This document shows positions 61,551 through 64,000 of a stretch of 64,000 bases of DNA, one piece after another. The notes beneath the pieces were generated by a model. The model did not search any database, was not told where the DNA came from, and was given only the letters and a program-made list of their open reading frames with translations. Made by a program: the position numbers and the translations under genes. The stretch covers positions 8,196 to 72,195 of the forward strand of contig CAMDTE010000002.1 of assembly GCA_945907425.1 (NCBI GenBank). Reading direction: 5' to 3'. This stretch comes from Owenweeksia hongkongensis DSM 17368 (GTDB taxonomy: Bacteria > Bacteroidota > Bacteroidia > Flavobacteriales > Schleiferiaceae). How positions within the stretch are numbered: the first letter of the stretch is position 1; each line of letters starts with the position of its first letter.

Positions 61551-62653
61551 TGCTTCAAAAAGGAATACTGATTGGATTGTTGTCCGTTCCCGCTGTGTTG
61601 TTGCTGGTGTGGAAAGGGGAATGGTTTCCCTTACGTAACGCCGCCCCCTCTCCTTGGCCTTCTGCCATTGTCTGGGAAACTTGGACAGACGGATCCTGGA
61701 CGAAGGAATTTGAGCAGGCATTTACGGATCGATTGGGAGGAAGAAACATCGGCATCAGAGTGCGCAACACATTGGATTATGTTGTTTTCGGGAAACTGCA
61801 CGCACACAGCGTCGTGGAAGGAAAAAATGGATCGCTTGTGGAGTGGGAATACATTCAAACAGCCCGAGGCGAAGATTTTATGGGGGAAAGACGGCTCGAT
61901 TCCACAGCCCAGGCAGTAGCGGCTTTGCAACGCCGATTGGAAAGTGATGGAAAGCATCTGCTGGTCGTGTTGGCTCCCGGAAAAGGGGTTTTTGCCTCCC
62001 AGGACTGGTTGCCGCAATGGGGTCAACCCACCACACCGGATGCAACCAACGTGGGGGTATTTGCCAAGGCGCTGGAGAAAAAGGGTGTTCTTGTATACAA
62101 TGCGCATCAACATTTTTTGGCACAACGGGATACGGCCAAAAGAGTATTGATGGCCCGCGGCGGAATACATTGGTCCACGCTGGGCATGTGGAGAGAAACA
62201 AAAGGCATCCTCTCGATGATGGAAAAGAGGATGGGACGACCGCTGCCACAACCCTCCTGGACTCGGGCGCAGGCAACCCAAAGCGCCAGGGGATCAGACG
62301 ATGATTTGCTTCAAGGAACCAATCGATTTGGCTTCTACAACAAGGAAACATTGCACTATCCAGAGGTTGCGTGGTCCACCATGCCGCCCGGAACGAAGAA
62401 GCCGAAAGTGGTGGTGATTTCGGATAGTTTTTATTGGCAAATGCACAACGAAGGGGTTACACGCACCGCGTTTCGGGAAGGAGAATTTTGGTATTATAAC
62501 GCAAGGATATACAGCGAAAAAGACAAAGGGAAACCCATTACTTCAAAGGATGTGGAGAGGGTATTGCGAGAGGCGGACGTTTTTATTCTCCTGTCTACAG
62601 ATGTGAACATCAAGCGTTTTGGGTTCGGCTTTGTAGGGCAAGCTTTGCGTTGA
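61550..62653 (+). CDS. membrane-anchored partner of MBOAT (AlgJ/AlgX/DltD-like, tentative)
   Basis: 367 aa from ATG 61550 (TGATG overlap). N-terminal anchor MLQKGILIGLLSVPAVLLLVW. LVVLAPGKGVF resembles the AlgJ-type xxPxK motif. Assignment rests mainly on position. Confidence 0.5.
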   Translation: MLQKGILIGLLSVPAVLLLVWKGEWFPLRNAAPSPWPSAIVWETWTDGSWTKEFEQAFTDRLGGRNIGIRVRNTLDYVVFGKLHAHSVVEGKNGSLVEWEYIQTARGEDFMGERRLDSTAQAVAALQRRLESDGKHLLVVLAPGKGVFASQDWLPQWGQPTTPDATNVGVFAKALEKKGVLVYNAHQHFLAQRDTAKRVLMARGGIHWSTLGMWRETKGILSMMEKRMGRPLPQPSWTRAQATQSARGSDDDLLQGTNRFGFYNKETLHYPEVAWSTMPPGTKKPKVVVISDSFYWQMHNEGVTRTAFREGEFWYYNARIYSEKDKGKPITSKDVERVLREADVFILLSTDVNIKRFGFGFVGQALR

Positions 62654-62657
62654 ATTG

Positions 62658-62665
62658 TACCTTTG
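62658..62665 (+). promoter_or_regulatory. -7 box TAccTTTG, 4 nt upstream of ATG 62670
   Basis: The plus strand reads G-TACCTTTG-agcg-ATG. Exact consensus, 4 nt after the upstream stop. Confidence 0.5.
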
Positions 62666-62669
62666 AGCG

Positions 62670-63521
62670 ATGGAAAAGGGCCGCGGCATTCGCCTCAACA
62701 AGTTTATCGGAGAAAGCGGCTACTGCAGTCGCCGGCAAGCGGATATTTACATAGAAGAGGGGCGGGTCAAAATCAACCAACGAAAAGCCAAGGTGGGCGA
62801 TTTGGTCTTCCCTGGCCAAACAGTGATGGTCAACGGATTTGTTTTAGAACCCGCGCAAGAAGATCATCTGGTCTTTATAGCGCTGAACAAACCCACGGGA
62901 ATTACTAGCACGACAGAATCAGCTGTAAAAGACAACATTGTAGACTTTGTCCATCATTCCGAGCGGATATTCCCCATTGGCAGGCTCGACAAAGATTCAC
63001 AAGGCCTCATTTTTTTAACCAACGATGGCGATGTAGTCAACAAAATATTGCGCGCCGGAAACAAGCACGAAAAGGAATACGTGGTGACGGTAAATAAGCC
63101 ACTCACCGAGCAAGCACTGCACACGATGGCCAGAGGGGTGCCCATGCTGGGATCGATCACCAAGAAGTGCAAAATCGTACAGGAAACACCTGTCGTATTC
63201 CGAATCACGTTGATTCAGGGCCTCAATCGACAGATTCGTCGCATGGCAGAATTTGTTGGATACGAGGTAAAAAAACTGGAAAGGGTTCGGATCATGGGAA
63301 TTTCACTGGGCAAATTGCCCTTGGGCGAGTGGCGTGATCTCTCCCCGGAAGAAGTGGGAAAACTGTACGCAGCCGTAGAGAATGACTCATCGGAAGTGCC
63401 TGTCAAATCCAAAACAACAACGAAGCCCACGCCCAAGCCAAAAGCCAGGGGCACAACCGCCACGGGAGGGAGGCCAAAAGGGAAAGCATGGCCCAAAGCA
63501 GGCCAAAAAAACAAACGCTGA
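62670..63521 (+). CDS. rluF: RsuA/RluF-family rRNA pseudouridine synthase with basic C-terminal tail
   Basis: S4 domain [22 protein letters not shown]. Catalytic [16 protein letters not shown]. Lys/Pro/Thr-rich tail ([18 protein letters not shown]...). Confidence 0.8.
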   Translation: MEKGRGIRLNKFIGESGYCSRRQADIYIEEGRVKINQRKAKVGDLVFPGQTVMVNGFVLEPAQEDHLVFIALNKPTGITSTTESAVKDNIVDFVHHSERIFPIGRLDKDSQGLIFLTNDGDVVNKILRAGNKHEKEYVVTVNKPLTEQALHTMARGVPMLGSITKKCKIVQETPVVFRITLIQGLNRQIRRMAEFVGYEVKKLERVRIMGISLGKLPLGEWRDLSPEEVGKLYAAVENDSSEVPVKSKTTTKPTPKPKARGTTATGGRPKGKAWPKAGQKNKR

Positions 63522-63530
63522 CGAGCGGAA

Positions 63531-63941
63531 TTATTTTTTAGCTCCCCACCAAAAACCCAACGCTGCCATCGGGAAATAAGCCAGGGATAAATCAACGACA
63601 TTAAACCACATCGGAGAGGGCAATTCCCACACCATAATGGCCCCCATGGCGAAGAAAATCAAACCCACACTCACCGCCTGTCCGTAGGCATATAGGGTCG
63701 CCCATTTGGATACAATAAAGGCAGACAAAAGAGTTCCAGAGGCATGGGCCAGGAAAGGAAATAAAAAATGCTTAGGCTCCCACAAAATCATGCCCGCCGC
63801 AAGCCCAGGCATGGTTGTTACGTCCACACCCTCCGGGTAAGGAATGATGGTTCCGCTCACGGAAATGAGAGCTCCGTTCAAATAGGCTCCTGCGACCATT
63901 GCGCCGAGAAACAACAAAGTGTTCAGTAAGTATGATTTCAT
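63531..63941 (-). CDS. hypothetical 4-TM membrane protein
   Basis: 136 aa from ATG 63941 (MKSYLLNTLLFLGAMVAGAYL...). The track start is GTG 63968. No family recognised. Confidence 0.5.
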   Translation of the reverse strand: MKSYLLNTLLFLGAMVAGAYLNGALISVSGTIIPYPEGVDVTTMPGLAAGMILWEPKHFLFPFLAHASGTLLSAFIVSKWATLYAYGQAVSVGLIFFAMGAIMVWELPSPMWFNVVDLSLAYFPMAALGFWWGAKK

Positions 63942-63946
63942 AAGGT

Positions 63947-63954
63947 TAAATATA
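63947..63954 (-). promoter_or_regulatory. near-consensus -7 box TAtaTTTA, 5 nt upstream of ATG 63941
   Basis: The minus strand reads TATATTTA-acctt-ATG. One mismatch. Lies inside the GTG-extended ORF, which argues for the ATG start. Confidence 0.35.
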
Positions 63955-64000
63955 GGGTTCTGTTTCACTCTACTAATTTAAAAAAAACAAGGGGGTTATG

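Noticed and set aside
1-64000. Looked for mobile elements, CRISPR arrays, prophage or defence islands, rRNA, and gross compositional islands
   Set aside because: I saw no transposase, integrase or recombinase-like ORFs, no regularly spaced direct repeats, no terminal inverted repeats flanking gene blocks, and no rRNA-like sequence. The tRNA-Cys is not followed by an integration-type direct repeat that I could see.

Overview
This 64-kb window is a gene-dense chromosomal segment with about 60 CDS and one tRNA, and it reads as Bacteroidota. Two secreted proteins end in type IX secretion (T9SS) C-terminal sorting domains. Promoter regions carry the phylum-typical -7 box TAnnTTTG, no Shine-Dalgarno sequences are evident, and the atp operon stops after atpG. 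The content is mostly core housekeeping:
- Translation: lysS, gltX, pheS, tRNA-Cys.
- RNA maturation and modification: ybeY, mnmG, rnc, rnhA and an rluF-like gene.
- DNA functions: holB and a mutS2-family gene.
- Central, lipid and cofactor metabolism: pgk, pyk, rpiB, acpP-fabF, purN, folB.
- Energy: atpZ-like gene plus atpBEFHAG.

Interspersed with these are:
- phenylacetate-pathway-like acyl-CoA genes (paaZ, paaY, paaJ-like, paaI) that are tightly coupled to secreted peptidases;
- a 1747-aa T9SS surface protein;
- a 989-aa membrane-anchored coiled-coil protein;
- a tandem triplication of a YwaF/TIGR02206-like membrane protein;
- an MBOAT gene with a partner gene.

I saw no transposase or integrase, CRISPR array, rRNA, restriction/defence or toxin-antitoxin genes, and no obvious pseudogenes. 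I could not identify a self-contained, clearly novel multi-gene system.

The most unusual sequence-supported signals are these:
1. TAnnTTTG -7 boxes sit only 4-6 nt from start codons at about a dozen genes. These include three divergent gene pairs separated by only 22-46 bp, which implies widespread leaderless mRNAs.
2. Eleven ATGA stop/start overlaps weld functionally unrelated genes together.
3. A bactofilin gene is fused into the head of the atp operon.
4. There are several tandem paralog sets and uncharacterised conserved proteins.

All family assignments come from motif recognition by eye. No database searches were run.
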